DNA of 58,090 nucleotides from Catajapyx aquilonaris (Eukaryota): contig KZ538623.1 in assembly GCA_000934665.2 (NCBI GenBank), positions 1-58,090 on the forward strand, read 5' to 3'. Each line of letters starts with the position of its first letter. Position 1 is the stretch's first letter. The notes under the pieces are model-generated. The model made no database searches, was not told where the DNA came from, and worked only from the letters and a program-made list of their open reading frames with translations. This document shows, piece by piece, positions 14,601-28,012 of the stretch. The translations under genes and the position numbers were made by a program.

Positions 14601-17600
14601 TGATTCTGAGGATAAGGACAAAATGGTGCCAGAGCCGACGGAGCAGAGTCACAAGTCTCCAGTGAAGCCACCAGATAAACCTAAGCGTGACATGCCAGAG
14701 CAGACGATGGCATTAGACCTCAGTGTCCCACATCATTCTGGTGCTCCCATACCCATTACCAGGCATCCACCTGAGCTTCATCCTGTTGCTTCTGCTGGTC
14801 GTCATGACATACACGGCACAGTGCAGAGGTTAATGGATGCCAAGGCTCAGTCTGCAAAGAGAGATGGAGAGTTTGGGACTCCTCCAAAGAAGGCCAAGTG
14901 GGCTCCCGAGTCCCGGATTCCAAAGTCCAGTGTGCCAACAGGTAGCCTTGTTGGAGAGGCAATTGAAGAGCCGGTGATAGTTGTCCGAGGTGAAGGTTCA
15001 GGTGCAGACTGTGAAGGAGGCAACACTGGAAAGGAAGAAGAGCAGAAGAGAGTGGTGGTGACCAATCCCACTCAGGGCATAAATGGTGGTGGGGATAGTG
15101 GGGATGATGGTGGTGTTAGTCAGGCAGAGGAAAGTGTATCATCTATCATGGAAGGTGCCGATACTGCAGGCAGTGGGCATGTGTCGGTATCAGTGATCAA
15201 GAGTACTAACAGCATTGGAGTGTCATCCTCATCTGAGACTGGTGTGGATGATGAGGTAGGATCATCAGTTGCTAGCACCAGTGGTGCCAACGTTCCAGTG
15301 TCATCTTCAAGTGATGCTGGCCATCATTCAGTTAGCTCCTCCCTTCCTGCACCACCACCACCTCCAGAAGAAGAGGACAATTCTGAAGAGGCACAGTTTA
15401 CTGATGTGTCCAGCTCAGAAGAAGTCCGGAAGGCTGAAGTGGAAGACCCACCAGAGAATTATGATGAGACCCCTGAGTCACGCATGGATGGTCAACCTGA
15501 GACCTCAACCAGGCAAGAAGTGGTGCAGGAAGACCCCCAGGAGTGCAATGTGTCAGCTGGGCAAGGTGATGGGGCCACGAACCCACCTGAGGAGGTTGGA
15601 ACTGCCGACTCATGTGCAGACAAGGCAGCACAAAACAAGGATGACCTGGACAGCACAGAAGTGGAACCTCCACCAGTCGGGGAAGCCCCAGTTGCAAGTG
15701 GCCCCGAGGCAGATTCAACTAAAACAAAGGAGGAAGTGGATGGACCAGCAGATGATGGTTCTGAAGCAGCCGATTCATCTAGTGTTCCTAGCCCAAAGGT
15801 AGAATCTGAGAATCCCAAGACAGTTGTTGAACCAGACCAGAGTTCTAATGCTGGAAAAGTGTTGGATGAGGATAACCCTGAAGTTCAGCCATCTGTTCCA
15901 ACTGCTCCTGAATCAGCAGCAGATAGGGCACCTGTAGATTCAGATTTGGTTGAATCTGAGTCAGCAACTGACACCAGGCCACCTGCAGATTCAGATTTGG
16001 TTGAACCTGAGTCAGCAACCAACACCAGGGCACCTGCAGATTCAGATTTGGTTGAACCCGAGTCAGCAACTGACACCAGGCCACCTGCAGATTCAGATTT
16101 GGTTGAACCTGAGTCAGCAACTGACACCAGGCCACCTGCAGATTCAGATTTGGTTGAACCTGAGTCAGCAACTGACACCAGGGCACCTGCAGATTCAGAT
16201 TTGGTTGAACCTGAGTCAGCAACCAACACCAGGGCACCTGCAGATTCAGATTTGGTTGAACCTGAGTCAGCAACCAACACCACACCACCTGTAGATTCAG
16301 ATTTGGTTGAACCTGAGTCAGCAACCAACACCATACCACCTGTAGATTCAGATTTGGTTGAACCTGAGTCAGCAACCGACACCAATCCACCTGTAGATTC
16401 TGTTCCATCACCACCTCAAGAACCAGTTGAAGACATGGTTCCAAAGCCATCTCAAGAAGAACCGATTGCAGATGTTGACCCTGCACCATCGAAAGACGGT
16501 GCAGTTGTGGACCCACTCCCAAAGCCACCTGAAGAAAAAACCGAAATTGAAATTGCTCCAGTATTACCTAAAACACCACCAGCAGAGGTTCCATCACCAT
16601 CTAAAGAAGAAATGCCAGTGAATCCACTCCCATCACCAACTAAAGAACTGTTAACAAACCAAGCTTCATCAGAAATATCAGCTTCTGATACAGGTCCTTT
16701 GGTGGTTGAAAGGAGTAACTCTCCCAATGACTCAAAAAGTGAGACACCAGTTGGTGGGGTGGATGATAAAGCTGCTGTATTAGGAGAGAAGAAAAGTGAT
16801 GATGATGAAGTAGCAAAGGATTCAAAGGAAGATGTCCATGTAGCAGAGCAAGGCCCAAAAGAACAAATGATTCAGAAAGAGGATTGTCAAACGAGCTCAG
16901 CAGCTGAATCTGAAGCAAGTGGAATGAAAGAAAAGCAGGTGCAGGAAGGCAGTCAAGTTGAAGTAAAAGAGGAAGCGCAAAAGGAGGACAGTTTGGCAGC
17001 AGAAGAAAAGGCAATAGAGGAAAAGGACATATCAGAAGAGCATGCACTGGAAACAAAGGGAGACATACGAGTGCAGGAGGATAATAAGAAAGTAAAAGAG
17101 ACACGCCTACAAGGAGAGTCAAAAAGTGCAGAACATGAAGTGAAAGATACTGTAACAGAGAAGAAAGCTGAGGATGAATATGCAGCACCAGAACATCAGG
17201 ATGTTGAAGAAGCAATGGCAGCTCTATATGGTGACTCTGAGCCTTGTTCAGGGGACGTAAATTCTGAGAGCAAGGCAGACTTCTCCAGTGCAGCAGCTCC
17301 CAGCGTAATGGCTGAAGTTTCCGCTAAGTCTGAACTATCAGGGAAACCAGAAAAGGTTCCAGTGGTAGAAAGTGCAATATTTGAGGGAACATCTAGCCGC
17401 ATAGCTGAGGTCGGAAAGGTGCCAGATTTGGCAAATGAGATATCAAAAGAAAAAACCTTGGAAGCAGACAAACCTAAAGTAGATACCGACAATGAACCAC
17501 CAACCAGGGCCGGAGTTGTCATCAATGAAGTTCCAGTAAAGGAAATGCTGAGTGTAGAAGAAATCCCAATTAATGAAGGGGAGAGTTTGGAGAAAACTCC

Positions 17601-20600
17601 AATAAAGGAAGTAAAAAGTGTGATTGAAACTTCAGGAAAAGTGTTAGATGTGGACAAAAGCCTTGCAAAAGAAAATGAAGTTGACAAAAATTCAGAGCCA
17701 GAAGTAAAGAAGCTGCCCCAACCACCTGCAAAACAAGAAGAAAAAGCTGGTGTTACTGGGACCATCCCTCAAGTACACTCTGAAAGTGAACAAAAACTTG
17801 GTGAAACTGCATCATTAGAAAAGAAGCAGATGGACGTGATACCTTCCAAAGCAACAGATAATGTGGAGAAGACTTCAGTAAAAGATGCAGAGAAGATTCA
17901 CAAGGCGCCTTCCAAAGAACTGGAAAGAGTTGACGAATCTTCAGTGAAAGTGGCAGAAAAAGTGCAAACCATTTCGATGGTGCAGGAAACCATTAATGAA
18001 ATTTCAGAGACTGAAGGGAAAAAGGTTATGGTTGAAGCACCAATGAAGGCTTTGCTAAAGGGGTACAAAATTTCCGAAGAAGAAGAAGAGAAAGACAGAG
18101 GTAAAATCCCAGAAAAAGGTGAAAGCACAGGAAAATGCCTGGGCATGAAAGTGAAATCAATGGACAAGGGTTTAATGGAAGTAGTAAAGACAAAACTAGA
18201 CAAAACAGCAGATGACGAGATCAAAAAATCCAAACAAGAAGTTGGAGAAGTACGCAAGAGTCTTGTGAATGAAGTGGAGAATGTGAGCCAAAATTTACCA
18301 AATGAAAAACCAAGCACAGAGAAACCACTTGAGCCAGAAGAGAAAGCATATGAGGCAGACGCCAAGACATCAAAGCAGGGGCTGCCTGCAGACCAGCAGC
18401 AAGGGCCAGAGGATGTGACCAAGAAAGAAGACAATCCCCTGCCAGAGAAGAAGGTAATGGCGGAGATAGCAGAGGTGATTGGTGAGACCCGCACAGCTCT
18501 AGCAAGCGCCCAGGAGGAACTGAAGCTGGTGGGTCTGGAAGGGGTGGTGAAGGTGGAATTCTCCAGTTCGTCAGCTGCTCCAGCCTTCTCACTCCTTCCA
18601 AACGAAGATGAAGTGATAGCTGCCAGCAAATCAGGCCTGGGAATTAATGCTTTTAAGATGGATGAGCCCTTGGACATTGTTCCGAGGGCTGGGAGGCGCC
18701 GCAGCAGGCGGGACACATTAGAAGGGGAGCCACCTCCTAAGAGGGTGACACGACAGAGTGTGGACCAACCAGAGGAAGACTCTAAAGCAGAGGAAGAGGA
18801 GCAGGAGGAGGAGGAAGAGGAAGAGGCTGAGGTGGAGACACAGAGGTCACCAGCCAGGCGTGGACGAAGAGGGCGGAGAGGAAGGGGTGGATGGAGAGGA
18901 CGAGGAAGAGGCAGGGGACGAGGATGGCGAAAGAGTGGTGTTCCTAGAAAAGATGCAGAACCAACAGGTGAAGAAGGTGCAGAAGAGAGTGGTGATGTTG
19001 AAGTTACACCAGCTGTGGTTGCATCTAGTGGTAGGCGTCGTGGAAGAGGTCGTGGTGGGAAGCGGGAGGTTGTGGCCCCATCTTCACCTGTACCTGTTGT
19101 TGAAGAAGAACAGCCATCATCACCACCACCGATGAGGCAGAGCAGGAGGATTGCATTAATACGGCAGAAGGAGGAGGAAGAGAGGAGGAAAACAGAGGAA
19201 GAGCATTTTCGGATGCTCAAGGAGGAAGCCGTTGCGTCTGCCTTGAATAAGAAAAAGAAGAAGAGGAAAGATGGGGATGATGGAGTGGAATACATAGAAG
19301 AAGAGGAGGAGGAAGAGGAGGAGGAGGAGGATGACAACGATGATGACGATGAAGTGATGTCCAAGAAAAGGAGGAAGAAGAGGAGGAGGAGGAAGAAAAA
19401 GCATGGGGTTGATGAAAATGAGGTTGCTGCTGATGGAGTGATCAAGAAAAAGAGGAAAAAGAAGAAGAAAAACGGGAAGAGGAAGAAAAAGCGGCCAAAG
19501 GGCAACAACCCATGGGAATCATCAGGGTCTAGGTAGGTCTAGAGAAATTTTGCAATATCAAAGTTTCTTCTGGATGTTGTGGTGCACCCATTACTAGTCA
19601 TGAACTAGAGTCAAAGAATTACTTCCACAATTTTTAGTGGAAGTTATACTTAAAGTAATGTGAAAAAGTGAAAGCCAGTTTTGTCCTGCTTATTCTGTAA
19701 TTGGTAATCTGCATTTGAAATTCCAATTTTTTTGCGATTTCAAATAGGCAAATAAATGTCAGGAACTGAAGATAATTTTTCTTTTAATTGTTATGATAAT
19801 GGTAGATGATGGCTGATTTATTGAGTTTCAAATTGTTCATTGAAACTCTGATTAATGATTAATTGTCAAAATCATGGTTCACCATTGCATTATCCTATTT
19901 GAATGGCCCTTATTCTATGTAACCAATGTGGCAGTCATTTATTTTCATTATAATATCACCTTTGCTGAACCATAGGCAACCCTAAAAATTGGGCACACCA
20001 GCTAGGAATTTATTGTATTATTTTTCGTTTACTGGCATCTCTTGTGCAGTTTTAAGTGAGAGAAAATGTCAAATTTCCAATGTCGCATTACCCCAATACC
20101 AGAGTAGATAGACAAAACTGAGCTTTGAGCGCCAATTTTTCACCTTGCTGCTACATCCACATCTTAAAATGATAATCTATCGGAAGCCAAAAAATTGTGC
20201 ACTCTGAATAATTGCTGGTAAAGAGAAATATTTTCACCATATGGGTGCACCTGTGTGAATCAAACAAATAACAACTTTAATGAGTATTAGCGAATTTGAA
20301 GCCGTGATACCAATATATAAAAGTATTAAGTGCTTCATTAGTTACGCAGTTTTGTACACTGCACAACATGTATTCCATCATAGCCTGCAGCAGACGTCTG
20401 TGTTTCAGTGATGAAATTGCATTTCTGATTGTAACTTTCCTGGTCCCATTCTAGCAGCTCTTCAGAAGAGGTCGAGGAGGAGGAGGAGGAGTATCAGGAG
20501 GAGGAAGATGATGGTGGGGACCTAGTGTTCAAATCTGACCATGAGTTCAGCCCTGAGTCTGACCTGGGAGAAGATGAGGAGTGGCAACCAACTAAGCGAG

Positions 20601-23600
20601 CCAGGACAGCCAAGAAGGAAGTGGCAGAAGCAGAGGGAGAGGCGGATAAGGATGAAAAGCCTTGCCAAAAGTGTGGACAACTAGACCATCCAGAATGGAT
20701 CCTCTTGTGTGACACCTGCGACACAGGCTGGCATGCCTCCTGCCTCAGGCCTGCTCTCATGGTGGTTCCAGAAGGAGACTGGTTCTGCCCCCCCTGTGAA
20801 CATGTAAGCCTTCATTTGATCAGATTATATCTCAACGGGGTTTGGCCATTATTTGTTTTATGTACACAAAAAAGACACCTTGAAGTTATGTCTGACATTT
20901 TGAGAGTAAATATTGCATTTTTTTATTGGTGCTAAGCATTATTCAAGTTATAATTGTTCATCACAGTTGGCAGTTTTATCTTTGCAATAGTACAGGGTGG
21001 ATGGAAAGTTTTGGACCCTGCCTCAGATTTGGGATTCTAATGTGTGTCCTTGGAGGAGACATCTGAATGTGGAAATGTGTCATGTTGATTAATTTACCAG
21101 GGTTGTCTACTGCCCTTTCGTGCCCACAAAAAATATTTAATGTAAAAAATGAAGAGTGCCAATGTGAGGATTGGAAAGAAATGCATCCAGGCCAGCAATT
21201 TCAAGCATTCCTTTTCATTTTTTTTTTATTGGACCAGGTTATAGACCAGTGCGAAAAATAAGGTCAGGAGTGAATTCACAACATTTGAATAGAGGGAATT
21301 CATGGAAAAGGGTCATGAAAACCTTACCTGCTGCAGAATGTGACCAGGGTCCTCCCAAGGCAACAAGCAAAATAAACACAAAACAGATGGGATGTATGGA
21401 TCAGTCAGAGGAAAAATTATTAATGGAATTGCAGGAGGGAAGGTGCTCACATGTCAAAATTATGCTTCAAAATGTAGGCCTACATTAGAACTGCTTGTGG
21501 ACTTTTAAATGAGGCGAACAGAGGCTGTGAAATGTAGGGTTCAAAAACCTGGGGAGGGTGGGGGGGTGTTCCGAAACTTTACGTCCACCCTGTAGAACCT
21601 ATTATTATCAAGGTAAATATCCGGCATTTACATATGAGCGATTTGACAAGTGAAGCGGGGCGAAGTCATCTCCGAGTGACGTAACCAATATTGTTTGAGG
21701 TGAAAGTAACAGATTTTCGCCTCAAACAATACCGGTTACTCGGGTTACTCAGCATTGTTATCGCTCGGCAATGACATCGCACGATCAAATCGCTCACATG
21801 TAAATGCACCTTCATACAGAAATGTATTGTTGTTAAATGCGTTTGCGTTGCTTAGGTTTTTTCCCTGTTGCCCCATCTTAATTGTTTGATTTCTCTGCAG
21901 ACTAAGCTACTGGATTGTCTTCAAGAGAACCTTCGTGAGCTGGATAGAATGCGGAAGCGAAAGGATAATCAGGAGATGCGGCGAAAGAGGCTTGCCTATG
22001 TTGGGATCAGCCTGGACAACATACTACCCCAACAAGACAGGCTAGAGAGGGGTGAGGGAGAAGAGGAGGATGAAGAAGGGGAAATGCCAGAGGATGTTGG
22101 AGATGATAGGAGGAGGAGAATGGATGAAGATGACGATGACGATGATGATGACGAATCTTCAGATGGCAGTGAATCTGAGTCTGAGTCAGGTTCTACTGAT
22201 GATTCCGAAGAACCAATTTACCAACTGCGAGCCCGACGTCAAAACCAGAACTTCAGCTACCGCTTCCAAGAATTTGATGAACTTATCGACTCAGCCATCC
22301 AAGAAGAACTGGATGACGTGAAGGGAGCTGGCAACATGGGGAAAGGGAAGGATATAGAGAACATTGTCAATGCTGAAAGAGAGGAGAAAAGGATGGCTAT
22401 TGCTGGTGAAGAAGGAGAGTTGCAGAGTGGGGAGGCTATGGAGGGAGAAGATCAAGTGGCGTTACCACTAACAGTGGAGGAAAAGGAAACAAAAGAGGGT
22501 GAGTCACAGCCAGTGGAAGAAGGAGCCGAGCCAGAACAAGAGTTGCCTGCAGAAACAGGGGATGGAGACATGGTTGTGGCAGAAGAGGAGGGTGGTGGTG
22601 GAGAGGATGAGGAAGAGGAGGATGACTTTGCAAGGAAGGTGGTGAAACGCAAGAGGGGAAGGAAACTTACTCAGTTAGACGTCAGCAGTGGCAATGACAC
22701 CGAATCAGACGAGGATTTCAAGGGTACAAGGTAAGAATTGAGAACAGAGTTAGCAATACAGTGAAACTTGTCTGGAGGGGACGTTGGATATATCATAGAT
22801 CTTTTTAAATGTGGAACATTTTTCCAGTCCCAGCAGTAAGAGTTGATTTCCCATGTACTTTTGTCCAATGTAGTGGAACCTATTTAACTCCCATGAAGGG
22901 ACAATTTACTTGACCAACCTTATAACTGGGAGAAAAACATGTATGAATACTGCATGAGTAAGAAAAATCAGCCTTCAGATGGCGCAAATATAACGAGAGA
23001 CAACAATGCATGTATGCATGAATGCAAACCGTCATTTCATTTTTCGTTCATCAGTATTCGAGTATTTAGTCAAGTGGAAAAAAATATTCTTATATGGCAT
23101 TGCATGAAACATTCTGTGAATTGTGCATGAGGTGCCTTTCTGACAGTCTTTCTCTCTGTCAGAGTAACTCAATTTGAAGCAGATACACTGGTAGTTGGCA
23201 ATTTTAAATTAGATGTGATCTCCTGGCAGTTCTGACGAGGAAGAAGAGGAGTTGGATGACGATGAGGACTTTTCACCTGATGAAAGTGAGGAGGAAGACC
23301 TTGGCATTAAGCGAAAGGGTAAACGCAGAGCTGCTGCTGTTCCTGTGAGGCGTTCCACAAGGGCAAGCAAATCCAGATTCAGATCAGATGATTTTGGCAA
23401 GTATCCCCATTCTACCCCGACTGTCTAGTTTAGCCATTGTGGCAGTTTTCCTGAAGGGTTTTTCTGTTCCTCCCCAGAAGACAGTGACGAGAGTGACGAA
23501 CCTCAGACGAAAAGACGGAAGAGGCCTTGGGCATCAGGAAGTGAAAGTGAACTCAGTGATGAGACCTGGGGGAAGAAGAAAAAGAAGAAGAGGTTAGTGT

Positions 23601-25347
23601 GATATCACTTCACATGTGACCACTCTGTTGAGATATAATTTTATGAATCAGCGTAGAATATGTATTGTTCATTTTCTAATTAAATGTGTGGGTGCCTTCT
23701 TCATCATATGATTTCATTGTAGAACAACATTTGGATGGCCCAGGAAGCCGTCAAGCAGTGGTCGCAAGAAGAAGTCCAGGATTGCTTCGGATTCAGACGA
23801 GGCTGAAGGGAAAAGCAAGAGGAAGAGGAAGAAGGGAGGGGGAGGCAGGAGGGTTGGTTACATTGCTTGACCTTCTTAACTCGTTGGTTGTACAGGCTCT
23901 ATACAAGCTCTCTACTTGTAGATTAAGTATGGCCTTGATGATGAGAGGCCCACAAGGCGGACAAGAGGATGCAAAGTTAACTACAGGGAGACGGAGGATT
24001 CCAACGACAGTGATGAGGTGAGCACATGGGCATGAGGTTTTCAGAACATTTCAATATCTAGTTATGTTTACAGAATGCATGGAAGAAGAAGCAGCAGGAG
24101 AAGGAAAGCGAGGATGAATATAATGCCAATGAGGATGAGGACCAGGAAGAGGAGGACAAAGAGGACGTAGATGATGATGAAGAGGACGATCAAGGTGAGT
24201 TGGTTTTTCTATTTTCCTAGTGAGAACAGTTTTTAATCATTTCAATGGAAATCTACAATATGTAGCCCTTTGGTTGGTATGGTGGTATATTGTGAAATTA
24301 ATTGCACATTGAGGGAATGTAACACCACACAAATTACCTCACTGATTATTATTGGTCGTAATAGGTTGGGGCACGAAGAAGCAGGCTGAGTCTAAGCCAA
24401 TGAAGAGGGTGATTGCACCTGTGGATGAGGACGATGATGAGGTGGGTGAAGAGGTGGGTGCTGTGGATGCTCCAGATGCCCCAGATGCTCCTTCTGAGGC
24501 AGTGGATGAAGGTGCAGATGACGATGAGCTTGATGACCTGGATGAGGATCTTCTCTTGGGCGACATGATTGATGAGGATCCCAAACCAGAAAAGTCTCCG
24601 CCACCACAAAAGGACGAGGAGAAGCCTCCTGTAGTGGTGCCTCCTCCGAGAGGATCTCCTTTGGCATATTCACCCAACATTGGCGTACCTCCAGCATCCA
24701 CCAGCCCTGCACCTGCTGCTGCCCCCGCCCCTGCCCCTGGACCCTCCTATCATGCAGCTCCCCGTCCGCCAATTCCACCTGCCCGCTACCCCAACATTCC
24801 CCCGATGGCTGCACAGTACCGTTCAGCCCCACCCCCATACACCACCCATCCGCCACCCTACCCCGTACGCATGCCAATCCCACCACACCTCAATCCAGGC
24901 CGTACGGGATCTCCTCCAGTATTCCACTCCCGTCCTCCATCTTCTCCATACTCGCATGTGGGGTCTCCTAGTGGTGGGCGACTCCTGGTCAACTCGCCGC
25001 AGGGTTCACCACACCGTGGGCCCTCTCCATCGCAGTCGCCAACATCCAACACGCCCACGACAACTCCACCCCCACATCACTCACCTACGTCACGCCCTGA
25101 AGCAGTACCACACCGGAACTACCCTCCTCCATATGCATACTCACCCTACCCCAACTACCATCCTCCCCCACCGCACCCACCCCCACCTGCACCACCACAG
25201 CAGTACCAACGATATGTGGAGGACGACGAGGAAGAGCCTCACCCTGGCCTGGCCCCCTTGCGAAAGGGCGACGACGAGCACGAGGGAGAGTTTGGGGGGC
25301 TGGTGTCGTATTTCTCAAGCCAGCAACAGGATGATCTGGACTCATAG
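8658..25347 (+). CDS. RSF1: Remodeling and spacing factor 1-like. 12 exons: 8658-8811, 11559-11746, 13001-13197, 13677-19532, 20455-20803, 21901-22730, 23230-23396, 23478-23592, 23723-23852, 23922-24017, 24074-24194, 24365-25347; about 3061 aa
   Basis: The N-terminus is RSF1-like ([54 protein letters not shown]-type). A PHD finger ([36 protein letters not shown]) is followed by a coiled coil and [15 protein letters not shown]. Exon phases are consistent and the lengths sum to 9186 nt. Confidence 0.92.
10241..10740. mobile_element. piggyBac-type MITE (500 bp) in RSF1 intron 1
   Basis: TTAA on both sides (10237-10240, 10741-10744). The TIRs CCCTCGGACGGTGACGT / ACGTCACCGTCTGAGGG match at 16/17. 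There is an internal inverted repeat GGTGACGTGGGCACTTTTTGTGACCAA, and imperfect inverted arms extend about 170 bp. Confidence 0.88.
10986..11345. mobile_element. PIF/Harbinger (Tourist)-like MITE in RSF1 intron 1
   Basis: The 26-bp TIR GGGGCCGTCCATAATCCACGCGGACA matches the reverse complement of the right end, GGGGCAGTCCATAACCCGCGCAGACA, at 22/26. TAA is on the left and ATAA on the right (imperfect TSD). Confidence 0.65.
15925..16400 (+). repeat. Coding minisatellite, 51-bp unit x about 9.3, encoding (R/T)(P/A)P(A/V)[11 protein letters not shown](D/N)T
   Basis: CAGATTTGGTTGAA recurs at 51-nt spacing (15941, 15992, ...). There are nine DSDLVE units in the RSF1 exon 4 translation. Confidence 0.95.
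20993..21592. mobile_element. Tc1/mariner-type non-autonomous element (600 bp) in RSF1 intron 5
   Basis: TA on both flanks. The TIR CAGGGTGGATGGAAAGTTTTGGA matches the right-end reverse complement CAGGGTGGACGTAAAGTTTCGGA at 20/23. No transposase ORF. Confidence 0.8.
21624..21807. mobile_element. Small palindromic MITE (Harbinger-like ends) next to the mariner element
   Basis: The ends GCATTTACATATGAGCGATTTGA / TCAAATCGCTCACATGTAAATGC match at 22/23. There is also an inner inverted pair GTAACCAATATTGTTTGAGGTGAAA / TTTCGCCTCAAACAATACCGGTTAC. Confidence 0.7.
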
Positions 25348-27535
25348 CCAGAGGCCCACCCAGGCAGCAACAAAGAGTGATCAGGCTATTTATTTTGGAC
25401 CGAGTTTTGTCCCATGTGTGTTTTTTTAAAGGTCCGTGAGAGCGGAATATTTATAATTATTTTGCACATAAGAGTGAAGCTAGAGTTATATGTAGCGGCA
25501 GTAGAGCTATGCTGTTTATTTTTTAAAGGACGAGTGAGTGAGGAAGGTGCTTTCCTGGTTTGGAGAACATTGGATTTAACCAGGACAACCTGTGGCAAGA
25601 AGTACGTTTCCCCGGCAGGTTGATCCACACCCATGTAAATATTATTTTACAAGAGTCAAGGATATAAGAATGGGAGGCTTAGTGGAACCTGGACATCTGA
25701 TGTGAATCGCCAAAGTGAATCATCCTTGAACAGTATTCATGGTGCGTAATTAGGTGGCTGCATGCAGTAGCAAAGCATCACTATCCCTCATCCGCTCGAC
25801 AGTACCTTACCATTTTTTATTTGGAACAGATTTGCAATATTTGTCTAACGCTATTGCATGTGGCCACTGGTTACATGCTTACTTGTGAGCGGATGAATTT
25901 GTGACGAGTAAATGAATGATGGTGGGTCAATCTGCCCATTACTACCACAACTATTATTTTGTAAATAAATACATGTCAGGCAGCTTAGTGATACATCTCG
26001 GCAGATTATTCGCACGTTTCATGTATCAACTCTCTAAGGATTATATGTGTACATATATATTTTTTTAGTGTGACATTTTCCCCCTTGATCTGGTGGTTTA
26101 TTATCTGGAAAAAAAGAGAAGAAATAGTGCCATTGGCAGCTGACTACAGATGCCAACAGTGCCGAGTTACTTTATAAATTTTTAAAGCGGTGCTACTTTT
26201 TTTATTGTTTTTTTAAAGCCCATGTCACTCCACTGTGACAATCAATCGACATAAGTCATTCCCAGTGTATCGTTTTCATTTAATTGCACCAGCATAATAT
26301 TGGTTCACCTGCTGTGCTCATGTAACATGTGCAGCATGTGCTATACATAAGCTGTACATATTTATACATAAGCTAGTGACATAGTTGGAACCATCATTTT
26401 CCTAAACAGAGAGGAGGGGAAGTGCTCTGTGTACTGTCTTTTTCAGGGAAAGCAGTTGGTAAATGCTGGATATAATGTTGCAGTCACTCTTTTTTGTATT
26501 TTTTAGAAGTTCCCAGTACATAACTACTCGTAGCAGAAATGGATTATTTTACTTAAACCAACCTTATCCCTCCCCACACACATGCCAGTTTGTATTGAAA
26601 CGTCTGGAAAATCTAGAAAAAAAAGAGTAAGGGATAGCTGTCCTGTTAGTGTGGCTTGTAATTGAAATTTCTACGTAATACACTGTACAGTTACATGGTT
26701 CATGGCCTTGTTTATTTCTTGTTGCTGCTAACTGGATCTATGCTCTCTTTCACTTGTATTTGGACTGATTTCCCTTTTCTGGCCTCAACTATGGCGATTT
26801 GTTTCCCAATGACAACAGTGGTGACGTTAGCCCAAACTTGAAGGAATTCGAGTATACAGAATGTCGTCTGGGACAATCCACTTTGCCGTTCACTGAAGTT
26901 GGGGTCAATTAGCTATTGTGTACTCTAAAGCAAGATTGGCAGGGGAGTCATTGTTGGCGTCCACCAATCATGACAGACACAGTAGTTGACCCCAACTACA
27001 GTATGACCTGTGAAAATCCAGCCTTGCATACCACCAGACAAACCTTTTCTGCTGGGCAGTTTTTCAAAATCACTTGTCAAATTGCAATGTTAATATTGAA
27101 CACACGTCATATTCTTCGATAAATATATTATCACATTTATGTATGCTACATTGATACAATACAAGCAGGAACATCTAACTTTTTAAAAATATCACAACTC
27201 TTCTTACCAACTTTTCCACAGGATCTCTCTGAATTGAGCATGTGCAAGTGAAGTTGCACGATAAGAGAGGAAAGCATTGTGGTGCACAGCTGTGCTTCAT
27301 TTACTTGCCTTCATGATCCCTGGTATTGCGGTGTTATCTGTATTGGCATTTACAACTCACATACGTGTAATAGTATTCTGGCTTCCCCAAGCAAACACTT
27401 CTTTTCAGGACAATTAGTCAACAATGAAACAATGCCTTTTTCAATTCAATGCATTGTCCCAGAGTGACTATTGTTTTTCTCTGCGATCACAATTTACTGT
27501 GATGCTGTACACAAAGTACACATGCTTTCAAGCTT

Positions 27536-27688
27536 CTTACCGATCAACAAGAAGCTCGAGTTACACAATTTGATATCGTGTAAGAGAAAAAGTTAACGTG
27601 ATACTGTGTATCTCCTTACCGATGAACAAAAAGCTTGAGTTGCACAATTTGATATCGTGGAAGAGAAAAAGTTAACGTGTTACTGTAT
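27536..27688. repeat. 79-bp tandem duplication (2 copies) between the RSF1 and rolling stone 3' ends
   Basis: CTTACCGAT...CACAATTTGATATCGTG.AAGAGAAAAAGTTAACGTG starts at both 27536 and 27615. Confidence 0.85.
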
Positions 27689-28012
27689 GTTCACAGGGGC
27701 TTTAAACATTTCCGGAACGTGTTGCTTAGCTTATGGACGTCCCCTAAATGCACAAGTCCTGAGTCAAGTTTATCACAACGGACGGGCCAAACTCTTTACA
27801 ACCATCAAAAATAGACCACCATTTACCTCACACCACACAACCATATTGCTCCACTACAGGCGTCACATCCTTTGTGATTCAAACCCAAAACTTAACATAT
27901 GACACAACAGCACAGAGAAAAATCAACCCTATAGCTTAACTAATACTGCGCTGTCGGGGATGAGGAATCAGATTAAACACACTAAAAGTAGGAATTAATA
28001 TCAATCCTTTGA

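Noticed and set aside
17898..19508. 536-aa antisense ORF, and other long antisense or shifted ORFs over RSF1, MED14 and the orphans
   Set aside because: These are shadow frames of low-complexity E/K/S/P-rich coding sequence, with no independent domain or splice evidence.
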